Shown: in pieces, positions 13,312 through 25,700 of the stretch
How the letters are laid out: every line of letters begins with the position of its first letter
Numbering within the stretch: the first letter of the stretch is position 1
DNA from: Phallusia mammillata
Taxonomy: Eukaryota
Reading direction: 5' to 3'
NCBI GenBank assembly: GCA_965637545.1
Contig: OZ281494.1
Location: forward strand, 19,158,001 to 19,222,000
DNA length: 64,000 nucleotides
Made by a program: the position numbers and the translations under genes
The notes under the pieces: generated by a model
Seen by the model: only the letters and a program-made list of their open reading frames with translations
The model's database searches: none
What the model was told of the DNA's origin: nothing

Positions 13312-16300
13312 ATGGATCGATATGGTGATGGTTTAGCGCTTTTTCATATCAATGCTCGGAGCATTTTCGCTCATAACAGTTCTTCTAAACTAGATGAACT
13401 GCATTTTATAGCATTAAATCGTGGTTTCGACATTGTCTGCGTGACTGAAACATGGCTAGATTCAAGTGTTTCTAATGAACGCCTCATCATTGACGGTTTT
13501 CAGTTTCCTTTTAGAAAGGACAGAAATAGGCACGGTGGCGGGGTGTTGGCGTATGTACGCGATGATATTCACTGCGTACGCTTGTATGCTCACGAGTCTG
13601 ACGATTGCGAGTTGATGTGGCTGAAAATTACCATGGTTCCCGATTGTCGACCAATAATAATTTGCGTTGGATACCAACCTCCCAGTTATAACAAAGCCTC
13701 TAAAGATCTTTTTTCCGCAAAACTATGTTCTACAATTGATTTGTTACAGCAGACATCCAAATGCGTTATTATAGTAGGCGATTTTAATGAGCCCCACGCA
13801 ACTATCTTCAATTCTGCATTGTATTCTTCTGTCACTCAACGCGGTTTTACGCAACTAATAGACCAACCAACCAGATTTAGTAACATTCTAGACTGGATTT
13901 TAGTAAACACACCCGAGTGCGTATTGTCATCTGGGGTACTACCACCACTTGCAAATTTGGATCACTGTGCCATTTATGTTATACTTAACGTATCTCGTGG
14001 CGCTCTCCCCAAACACGTGTTTTACAAATGGATTTTCGCCAATAGTGATTTTGAATCTCTAAAACAAACAATATTTTAAACAATATTTTAATCGCGTATC
14101 CATGGGATGATTTGGTTGCAAGCTCATCCTCTGTGGACGTGGCCCTAAACAACATTACTGATGTTGTTAACCAGACGTGCAAAACATATATTCCACTCCG
14201 ATCTTATAAGCTAACAGCGAAATGTAAGCCATGGATGAATCACGAAATTAAACACCTGTTTCGAAAGCGACATCGCTGGTTTACCAGATGGAGAAATTCT
14301 GGTGAATTGCATCACAAATTACAATACAACAAACTTAGAAACGAAATTCAACGCAAAATTAAGACCGCAAAAGCTAAATACCATGCGCATATTGTTAACG
14401 AAGCCTGCCTTTCTCAACCTTCTTCTAAGAGGTTTTGGTCACTCACACGTAAAATCCTGAATACCAACGAAGTTTCCTATAACAGCAAAAGTACGCCAAG
14501 CTTTGTTTTCAACGGAGTAACTTATGTCAATGACATCGAGAAAGCAAATCTCCTAAATGAACATTTCGCCTCCATTTCCACACTCCCTTCAAATCTGCTT
14601 TCACTGTCTTTTCCTCCTTCTTCCTGCCAACTTAACCTATCCATACCTTCCATTGACATTACCCCGTTTGATGTGTACCACGTATTACGTAAACTTGACC
14701 CTAGCAAATCTTCTGATCCGCTAAATCTTCCTAATCACATTCTAAAACAATGTGCAGAATCCCTAGCAACGCCATTAAGCTATTTATTTGATTATATTAT
14801 ATCAGTGGGTATCTTCCCATCAGAGTGGAAAAAAGCTACAATAATCCCACTGCATAAATCCGGGCCAAAACATGATGTAAAAAATTATCGACCAATTTCG
14901 CTCCTACCCTCCCTATCAAAAGTTTTTGAAAAAATTCTCCACAAACACATGATTATTTATTTGGAATCAAATAAACTTCTGAACCCCAACAATTCCGGAT
15001 TTCGAAAAAATCATTCAACCATCACCAATCTGCTTCACACAACCCACAATATTTACGCCGATCGTGACGAAGGCATTGATTGTCGAATCGTTTTTCTTGA
15101 TATTTCCAAAGCTTTTGATCGTGTTTTGCACCACGGTTTATTTCATAAATTACAACAAATTGGGATAAATGGCAATTTGCTTCCTCTACTAAAATCGTAC
15201 TTAACTGGTCGTGTACAACAAGTTCGCCTGAACAACAACCTTTCAACCTTACTACCTACAAATGCCGGAGTCCCACAAGGTTCAATTTTAGGACCATTGC
15301 TTTTTTTGATTTATGTTAATGACATCTCCAATAACTTAACCTCTAACATTTCACTTTTTGCTGACGACACTGCCCTTTATTATTCGGATAAATCTCCAAA
15401 TCAACTTCAAAAAATTTCACAGCGAGATCTCAACCACCTCGACAAATGGGCTTCCACTTGGGCAATTAACTTTAATCCCTCCAAATCTAAAGTACTATCG
15501 CTCTGTAAAAGTTCCAATCTTCCTCAAATATTTTTCAAAGGTGTAGCTCTGCCTGAAACCCGTGCACATAGCCTACATATCTCGGCCTCATATTTACACC
15601 AACACTTTCTTGGCATGACCACATTCGTTACATTTGCCACAAAGCACAAATCAAAGTTAACCGATTGCGCAAAATATCTAACACAGTCTCTCGGCATATC
15701 ATCCTTACCCTTTATAGGTCTTGCGTTCTTCCTACGCTTGAATATGGCGACATTTTATTCGATAACTGTAACCTCTGACTGTGAAGCACTAGAAAATGTG
15801 CAACACCAATCGGCTAAACTAATTTTAGGGTGTATGAGGACCACTTCGTATGATAAAATATTACAGGACCTTGGATTGACACCCCTCCGTGTTCGTCGCA
15901 ACGTTCACTCTCTCGTTCAATTTCACAAAGTTCTAAATCGCATAGGACCTTCATATTTACAAAGCTGCATTCCTGAATACGTTAAAAACTTAATTAAATA
16001 TGACTTGCGTAACCCCCTCAAAATACATCCCATTGCGTGCCGCATAAATACCAAATATAACTCATTTTTTCCCAAAACTATCCGCTTATGGAATGAACTT
16101 CCAAAAGAAATCCGATTGATAAAATCTGTTTCAGTTTTTAAAAATAAAGTTAAAAAACTTTTCTTTACGTATCCAGTCAGAACCTTACATCTGCATGGCT
16201 CTTGTCCTAAGACAACTGCCCTTCATTGCATGCTTCGACTTAACCATAGCCCACTCAATATCAATCCCAGGCACTTTCGCCCTTGTGCATGTCAGGCCGT

Positions 16301-16544
16301 AGAAACCACGCAACATTTGTTTCTCAATTGTCCACTATTGATTCGTCCTCGCACAATTTTGTTTTCTACTGTTTCGAATATTCTGACAGAAAACGCTAAG
16401 TTTAACGCTTCATTTCTTTCCAATCTTTCTCCTGGTGCAATTATTCGTTTCATGCTATTTGGTCATCCTGATTTAACAGACGCCCACACACTGTTATTAT
16501 TCCATGCCGTTAACAAATATCTGCATGCGTGTAATAGATTTTGA
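13312..16544 (+). pseudogene. LINE ORF2 (APE endonuclease - reverse transcriptase - CCHC), disrupted
   Basis: APE motifs HINARS, VTETWL, DRNRHGGGV, GDFN, LDW, LDH. Break at a 12-bp duplication (14066-14089). RT motifs NYRPISLL, FLDISKAFD, GVPQGSILGPLLF, FADD. Segment 15576-15775 is out of frame. Terminal CACQAVETTQHLFLNCP. Confidence 0.9.
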
Positions 16545-16975
16545 TTTCTGCTGCCGATTTATTGACATTTTAACCTCTTTCGTTCGCTTTTCCTCTTTTG
16601 TTTACTATTATTATCGACTACCCTTTATCTGAAAATACGTTTATTTCTCGTATGGTGACACGACAAAGGACAGTTTTCAGTTTTCGGACTGTCGTAAAAT
16701 AAAAAAATAAAAAAAAGATAACCATGAGAAAGTGTTGTAGGGTAAAATACAGTGATCTGCAATAGGCTTAAACAATAATACTATGCTCTTCAACCGGTGT
16801 GCATGGTGCACCCTAGGGTGCACCAAAATATGCAGGGGTGCACAAGTACGAAAAGGTATACAAGGGTCGATCACAAACTTCTAATGAACACTTAATATTT
16901 GACCTTCAGGTTATTAGAAAAAAGATGTAGGTTTCAACTGATATATAAATGAACCTCTGTATTCTTTAAAAATGA

Positions 16976-17610
16976 CCTATTTTAGGGGGCTAGTAGGGTA
17001 ACTAATGGGGTCCGACACACAAACTAAAAACATATAAAACCTCAATGACTCAATCAATAGTACTGCAAAATTTCAGCCCAATCTGCAAATGTTTAAAATT
17101 TCGACCACTAGAGTTGTTTTGGGCAACAACCGTTATGCGGCTGTTGACAACCCCCTAACTGCCATGGCGCAAAAACGTCCACCAAGCCCACAAAACCCAC
17201 AAGCAACATACAACTGGTTGCACATGTAAGATTATCGCACCACAGAATCTTTTGTTTGTGGTGCCCGGTAACATACAAACACGTTTTACACCTTTGGGGC
17301 TTTTAGGCTAAATGTTGGGGCTACAGGGTTGAACACACTACTCAACATTTATAAATGGCATACTCTACAAGCTATCCAAATTTAAAATTCCGACACTGTT
17401 TACAAACTCCCTCATTTTAAGGGGCTAGCTAGGTAAATATGGGGGTTATCAGGACAATCAAAGTGGGATGTACATCTACATAACTATATCTACCATCTGT
17501 GTAAGTTTCAGCCAAATCCATCAAACATTTGATGGCCAAACAAGTCGGACAAACTTTGGGAAGAAAAATACCCATTTTAAGGGGCTAGCGAGGTAAATAC
17601 TGGGGTTATC
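16976..17610. repeat. Degenerate interspersed-repeat fragment with three imperfect internal repeats
   Basis: ATTTTA(A/G)GGGGCTAG..(A/G)GGTAA.TA..GGGGT near 16976, 17410 and 17571; AA(A/G)TTTCAGCC(C/A)AATC near 17068 and 17503. Confidence 0.45.
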
Positions 17611-19344
17611 AACAAAAACAAAGTGAACCAACTAAACATGTCATGCACAAGACATTGCAGTGGTCAGTAATGCAGGTTTGATGTAAACTGTTAATTGTGC
17701 ATTTGTAAATCATTACAGATCTCAGTTGAAATTTACTTGTTTAAATTTAGGTCATTAAAAGGTGAAGCACAGTTAAACAACAATGGAAAAATAATACTAT
17801 TTTCTTCAGGTTGTGGTTAGGTTTTATTGATTTTCGACTTTTTAAATGTTACATATAAAGAAAAACCAGCATCAAGTCAAAAAACATTTTGTAAATGTGA
17901 CTACATTGTAAATGTGATTTTATAAATGACTACATTTACATACACTACTGCATTGAGGCATTTATATGCCAAGATCCTACCAGTCACTTTACAAATGGTG
18001 TTTTCTACATCTGCTATTAATACTTGTCACTACCATGTAGTAAATACATAAACTGAAGCTAAACAGAGAGACATATTCACATTACTTCTATTAGTATCAA
18101 GCAATATTATCACACCGTAGATGTTTAGCATTTTTGGTGCCATGAACGACATTGGGTGCATATTTTCGTGAAATCAGAAAAACTTGAAAAAACAAAAAAG
18201 GTTCAAGGGCCTGAGATATACCAATCACAAAATACCAAAACTTGTTTACTTTTTCCTTGTCAGAATTTGAGCCAGTGAAACCCATTTAGATGACAACCGG
18301 ATGGGCAAACTAAAAAGTCAGATGTCTATTTTTTAACTGACATGTGTAAATGCACTAGGGTGAAATAGTAAAAACAAAACTTTTACAAAAACAAAGAAAA
18401 ATATATATTTATCCAGTACATACCATGATGCAAAAATACCCTTTTCTTGCTACCTTTTTATATTGCCTGGCTTTAAGAATATTCCCATTCCAAGCAAACC
18501 CATGTTAGAATTTTCATATGTCCCTTATAATTATACATAGCATTATTTTATGTGTAACCCACAGTGAAATAAGCTTTATTTCTATAGGTAGAGACTTTGG
18601 TGTACAGTGTTATGAAACACATTCAATACATGACATGACTTGAATAACTTGAAGTATACTATTGTGATCAGACATTGATTAAACAAGTATAACTTGCAGC
18701 ACATTATGTAAGGGTTATGTACATGTTAGTGACACAGTCTCACTGTCATGAGTTCTACTTAACCTGGTGTTAATTTATTACACACCCTATTTGCACAAAC
18801 CTTGTATTTGTTGTACACATAAGCACAAAAACATTTTGCCACCTGGAGATTAAAAGTTATGGGCCCAAACAATCTGTTGACAAAATGCAATTACCATTTT
18901 TATAGGCATAAAAAAGTTCCATTAAAATGAGTTGCAGGCATTGTGTCCAAGTAAATTAGTTTGTTGTAAAAACAGCAATGTGAAACAGTGAAAACTGAAA
19001 GCAATATTTGCCTGACACACAAAAATCATTCACCTCTCAGTTCTTGTCAAAAAACTAAGCACTTTAAAGTTCTGGCAATGTGCCCGAAGGTTGCCTTAAT
19101 AGGAAGTATGATTTTTTTGTTGAATAGGAAAGTATGATTGGGGTTAGAATGCTGAAACCACAAGCAGTTGGCCACTTGGTCTCCTACGCGTATTCTTGGC
19201 CATTCTTCCGCTTATTTAAGCCTTGCCATATCTATTCCTACTCAAGAAACAGTAAAACATGTGATAGGTGAAGATAACATATTCCTATTGAAAAAGTCTA
19301 TTGAAAATGCAAGAGAACACTTTTAACAGACCATCTGCAATTAA

Positions 19345-19680
19345 CCAATTACATGATGATATTGATAACACGTGACACGTAACCTAGCAACGCTCTTTAA
19401 TGCTACAGATAAGAGCGGGAGTTTGACGACTAGTTCGGTACCTAAATTAGAATTACCTTACTTAAACAAGGTAGTTGAACTCACGTGAATTTGGTGGCCT
19501 AGGGTTTTAGGATTTAACTTTTTTCTACATGGTGGTCTACCACTCTAAAATGGCAAGATATGCTTGATTGCGTATTCACTGCAAGCCAACAGACCAATCA
19601 TACGCCAACTTTTATATCACGTGACAAATTTTTTTGTAACTTAGCAACTGCCTTTCATGCTACAGATAAGAGCGGGAGTT
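19345..19680 (+). promoter_or_regulatory. Tandemly duplicated promoter module: CCAAT - CACGTG - RFX X-box - GATA/E2F-like
   Basis: Copy 1: CCAAT 19345, CACGTG 19369, GTAACCTAGCAAC 19379-19391, ATGCTACAGATAAGAGCGGGAGTT 19400-19423. Copy 2: CCAAT 19594, CACGTG 19618, GTAACTTAGCAAC 19636-19648, identical 24-mer 19657-19680. Copy 2 ends about 70 bp before the ATG at 19749. Confidence 0.65.
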
Positions 19681-19748
19681 CGGCGGCAAGTTTGAGGTAT
19701 TTTTGTGATAGTGCAATTGTAGTGAAGACTATTTTCTAAATCACAAAG

Positions 19749-22700
19749 ATGTCAGAGGAGAAGGTAAGTTTTTTTTCTGGCAAGTTTTCCTTCCAAAATG
19801 TGTATTAACGGTTTTTACTCGCCAGGATATGGATAACTTGTCCGGTGATGAGTATGTTAAAGCGGTTTTCAAAGATGCCGGGGTAAGTCTGTATTCTGTA
19901 CAATCAAGTACATTATCTTTGCTTTTGTTACATAGGCCCACTTATATTTTAGGTGTATAGGTAATATTAAAAGTATTTTGTATAAAGATTCATTATGACC
20001 CTGCGCCAGAGCATTTTACTGCGAACCGTGAAGTTGAAACTCTTAACAAGGTAACGTCAGCATAGGATTTTTATTACTAATATGTAACCCAGCTATTACT
20101 ACCTATTTGACATGTTGTAACAAAGCATGCACAAATTAATAAATGCCCTATTCAGACTATTCTGAACAAGCACATATGTGATGATGATGAGACTTTTTAT
20201 TGGAGATATTCACTTGGAGTAAGTTGTTGAATGTTAATATTATTAGTATTTATTTATTTCATAACAAGTTTTGATGGCCTTATGTATTTTATAGATTGAA
20301 GGGGATCCTTTGTACCAAGTAAGTGTTTTTTTGGCACAGTGTTGTGTTGTTTATTTTAAAGTACATATTATCAGAGAGTCATAAACCACCAACTCAAATG
20401 TAAGTGCACACAATGATGTTAGTGTGTCACAAAAAGACAAATCCCAGTGAATAATGGGTCACAATTTCTATATTACCTATCCATTACAATATTTATGAAA
20501 AAAACATTCCAAATATTTGTCTTCTAGTGAAAATTAAATCTTTCAATTTACATACACCAACAACACATTTAAAAAGTGTTTTTTCAATGTATTTTTTGAA
20601 TCTGTGCCACTAGTGTAGTATTTAGTACTATTCTGCATTGGTTTTATGTGCAGAATACAGACAATACAAGACACTATATCACATACTCTATCCCAGTGGT
20701 TCCCAACCTTTGGTGGACCGTGGCCCCCTAAAAGTCACTTTTTGGCCTCGTGGCCCCCTTTAAGTAACCCTGAAGGTCCTGTGGCCCCCTTTAAAAGTGT
20801 AAAGGCAATCTCGAGTTGAAATTTGGTACTAATTTCGACTTTAAACAGGTCGAATAGGGTAACCAAGAATCCGCAATCGTGAAAAACCTCAATATAGACA
20901 AATAGTATGTGAAATAGTCGATTGAATTAGGGAATAAACGTAAAAAAGAAAATGGCGTTTAGTGGGTGTTTCTTGTGAATTTAGACCTGTGGCCCCCCGG
21001 AACACAGCTCGTGGCCCCCCTGGGGGGCCATGGGCCCTGGTTGGGAACCACTGCTCTATCCTATTCAATTAATATCCACTTGTATCTTTAGCTGTGAATG
21101 ACCTGTACATCTTTATTGCTTTTTGTTCAGTTTTTTTATTCTATTTTTTTGTCCTCTTAACACTCTCTTATATGCTGTTGTGACTATCCTTAATCAGATA
21201 TTACTGGTCATTTTCTACCTCTGGTGAATTTATAGACAAGTTTATCAGCAGGGAAAAGTAGTGAAACGCCTTTCATTAACACGAAAACAAAAGATCTAAA
21301 AGGATGAGTCTGTGTATTATCCTTAAGTTTAATCATATTCATAGTTGTTTAAAATACCCCTTTCCTATTTGACAATTATTCCAAAGTTACCAATAGAAGA
21401 TCCAACGGAGGGAAGTTGGATTAAGTTTATTTGGTTGGAAAGAAACACATAGCGGTGAAAAAACGCATAGTAACACACCTACACTGAAATCACTATGCTG
21501 GTAATATATAGCTGATCGATGATAATATGTTATGGAGCGCAAAATAGTGGATGGCACAGTTGATGGAGGATGATTAAATGTGCTGTAACTACACCATATT
21601 ATGACACATTCTGTGACTTGAGCTCACCAGAGAGTGAGTTTCATCCACTATTAGTATAACCCGACTGCGGGGAATGTTGGTTGGACCTGTTAAGGTGGCC
21701 CTAAACACCTACCAGCCTTACTAGAATCTAACCAATCGTGTCAAAAATGAGGCTGGGGTTCAACAGGAAAACAACCTCCCACCAACATCGCATTTTTGTG
21801 ATAACATTTTTGAGGTGACAGTTTCACCCCTCTTCTTTAAACTTTGCCTTCTCTCTTTTGTAGTGGCATTTATGTAGGTGTTGTGACTCACTGCAATCAG
21901 TTATGCATGTTTTAAGATACACCAGCAGCAAAGTAGGACCTCACAAAATGCCATGCACAGCACACATAAATTTGAGATATTGTTGTTTTTAAAGGGTTGT
22001 TTCTTATGCTTCTTATTTCTGTATTTGAGAAAATTGTACTGTGGAAGTTTACATAGGATTTTAAATGTTGGTTAATCACATTCGTTTCGAACCTGTGTGC
22101 TTATCAATATAATGCAATTAACCGGACAATTGTCTTAACAATAACAGGGATATAGTTTGAGCTTAAAGATCTTGATGCAATAAAATGGTTTATTTGATTA
22201 TCCAGATTTTTCTGTATTGTGTTTTTTGCTGTATATGTGTTATTATCATATGATAAACATACATTCATAACTGGGATCAGCCCTGAAGCATCTATGCAGA
22301 CCAGCGATCATGACACACTCATAATTAAATCACGATATGACAGGCCCATTGAAGGTACCTCACTGAATCAACCTGTTTGAACAATTGCTATCAACTTGTT
22401 TACAAGTGTCATGTATATCGTTAAAGTTTTTATTCTAACATTTGTAGTTTTAGTATATGCATGGTGTGCAAAAGATTAAACAAAGCTTATTCAAGAACCT
22501 TGGTTTAGTTAGTCTTGCCTATTCAAGAACCTTAGTTTAGTTAAACAGACTGAAACTTAGTTCTTAATTGTAGGTTTATATTTTTGGTTTAATAGTTTGA
22601 ACCAAAAAAATTAAAGCAAACAGTTCAAGTTGAGTAATATGCTTTTGTTTTTCAAAATTTTCAGCCGGATGTAAAGTACAAGAAAAAGGTAGGTATTGTT

Positions 22701-25700
22701 GCAGAATATGTGCATATTTTTAGACACATGTTAAAAGTGTTGACTTTGTTTATTTAGAACCCAAAGCGTCAAAATCTGAAGGTCAGTGAGTGATTGCTTT
22801 TAAAGGGTAAAGCTGGAAAGATTTTGTATAATTTTCTGGATTTTCTTTATAGGCGAGAATGGACACAACCACCACAGTATTTTATTTTGATGCATGCATG
22901 CCAACAAGGGTAGGAGTTGGGACAGAAGTTAGATTTTTAAAACTAAACTTTGCTCACTTTTGTTACAGATCTCAATTGATAAGAGGGAAACAGAAACTCA
23001 TGAGTGCAAAACAGTAGATGGGGATTCAAGTGTAAGACATAAATTTATGTGTATTTGTAGAGATTAATTTGTTGTTTAGCCTGTTATTTCACTCTGTTTA
23101 ATTATACAGAGACTCGTAAAGGAAAAGATGCAAAAAGAGCAAGAAGTGAGTACAGACGAAACCGGTTATTCAGGATTGCAATTTGCCAAGCTTTATCCTG
23201 ATTAACCGGTTTCCAGATTGTTCAAATTCTCTAAACAATAGAACATTTCTATAAACAGTACAACATGTGTTGATAATTTATACTTACCCAGCTGAATTAA
23301 TGTTGTTAGGTAGCTCATTTAAGGCAATAGAGTTGCTTTCTCCTCTATGATAGTCAAAAATGAACAAAATCACTCTTGCATAACTAGGTCAGCACTACAC
23401 CACTGAACAGAAGGTGAAGTCACAACACAAACTGTATTGGGTGTGTGGTGCAATCGGCACCAAATGGACACGAGCTGCACATATATTTGTTTTTGAAATA
23501 ATAGCTATCATTTTTTCCCAGTCCATCCATCTTCTCCGTTTTTCTTAACAGATTTGTCTTAAGGCAGTTGTTACACACATTACATTATTTAGGCCAGTTT
23601 GTTGAAATCGATAATAGTGAGAAAACTGTTACCAAGGGAAAATAAATTAAAATGAAACAAAAACAAGCATTTTTGTTTGCCATAATCGCATTTTTGTCTG
23701 AAATATCATCCACTTCAACCAACTGTTACTCTAAGTTACCCAGTGGGAAGTCTGACAAAGGAAAGTTGCTAAATGCAGAACATGTGCAAAACAAGTTTTA
23801 TTTGACTATTCACTGCCTAAAACATGATGTCATTTCATCAAACTGTTGTGCTGGTATGGTGCAATGGATCATGTGTCTTCAAGATAGACACCTACTTCAC
23901 AACATGCACACATGCATTTGTGATACTGTCTTTAACAACGCTTTATAACTAAATATTTTAAGAAAAACAGTTGACTGTGCGACTTTCACCCACAAATCAA
24001 TAATGCAGTTGTTAAAAAATCATTTAAAATATTTCCGTTTATCAAACATTATTTTGCTTAACAAATGGTTGGCAACATTTGAAATCCCCTTTTAAGCAGC
24101 CCACACCATAAAACAGATTGCATTTAATTGATTTAAATTTTCTTTGCAAATGATAGTTTTTCTGGTTCACCTTACCATTCTCATCAACAAGTTTTTAAAC
24201 TTTTTATCTATGCTCTCTGTACTCAATTATTATAATTTTCTTTTCTTTGTGATTAAGATTGTTGAGGTAAAATTTATGGGAAAAGGCGAAAGTATGCCAG
24301 TTGAATATCTTCAAGAAATTGATGACCTTTTCAACCAATATATCACTGAACCTGAGGATGAGCAGGTGAGTAAATAATACTTAACTTTTTATTTAATTAA
24401 GCAAGTTTTGCTATGTGTAATTTAATTTAAACCGTCTGAGATGGTAAATTTATTTGTGAGATAATTAGCAACTTTGGATTTCACAAAGCTTGGTCGTTTA
24501 TAATACATATTTTATTATGTTGATTGCAGCAAAGCTTTAATTGTGAAATGAATTTGTTGATACTGTTTTTAAAAATTAGCTTTTTTGCTCTTTCCCAATT
24601 TATTTGAAACAATGATCTCTCTGCTTCCTGCCTCATTGCTGGCCCATGGAATTATTTTTAGTATTGTTTTCTACTTGAGTGTGCAAGTTTAATTTAGATC
24701 AAATCTCAGAATGTCCGTTTGATTTTAAAAAAATGCTTAGTTGTCGGCTATTTCGGGAATAGCTGCTTAAAGCGCTATTTATTATGTGGATGCTTTAGTG
24801 ACTTTTGATGGGAATGTGGTTAACAGTATCCCCAAAGTTAGATACACCATACACAGAAAAAAATAATTTTATTAATGATAAACATAACAACTAATTGACA
24901 ACCTGCACTAAAGATGACAACAGTAATTGTTGAAACATCTGCAACTGCATGAATTTTATAAACACAAGTTCTCTTGAGGTTATGTTTTTAATTAAAGTAT
25001 TCAAAATAATCATAATAAACAAACAAAACAAGTCTGTCTTCTTTTTAGCCTGAACTAGGTTTTTTTAATGAAGCTGATGATACAAAGGTAACTTGCAAGA
25101 CAATATTTGGTTGATATCTGTTTAATAAAGTAATTTATATTGATTTGCCAGTGCTTTGACATTGTGAAACAAGATGATGTTGCAAACACTACACAGTTAT
25201 TTAGGATTGATGAGGTACAGGACTTATATTTATGCATATTCTTTTTAAAGATCTGTTAAAATTTATTGCGTTTATCTGTGTCAGCACTTTTAGTGTTTTG
25301 GACAGGTATTTTTTGTCAGTGAATAGAAGTTAAAGGAAAACAGGTAGTGGTAGTCCAGTAAATGTGATGTACAGAAATTTTGGTTCAATCATGCATTTAT
25401 AATAAAGTCTTGCTAAATGTACTGTTCAAACATTTGTTTCAGCCCTTAGAAATCATTGATCTTGAAGTTTATGAGGAGGTAAATAATCAATTTTGCATGT
25501 TGCAATTTCAGTCTAAACTTTGACAATTTTAGGTTAATTCACCGCATGATGCAGCACCAATGGCTGACAATATAAAGGTACATTAAAGTTGATGTATTTA
25601 AAACCAAAATGGTTATTATTGCATTACAACGTTTGCAGGTGGAATGTCGCCTTGTTTTAGAAGCTGTGATTGACAATATCGTTGAAATTGAAAGTAAAAC

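Larger units (their letters stand above)
12408..16715 (+). mobile_element. Full-length non-LTR retrotransposon of the CR1/L2 group (Crack/Daphne-like), inactivated
   Basis: TSD AGATAACCATG at 12397-12407 and 16716-16726; A-rich (AAAAT)n tail; ORF1 followed by ORF2 with APE endonuclease, RT and a C-terminal CCHC. Confidence 0.92.

Noticed and set aside
22488-22545. Short tandem duplication TATTCAAGAACCTT(G/A)GTTTAGTTA
   Set aside because: Ordinary intronic slippage-type duplication with no functional evidence.
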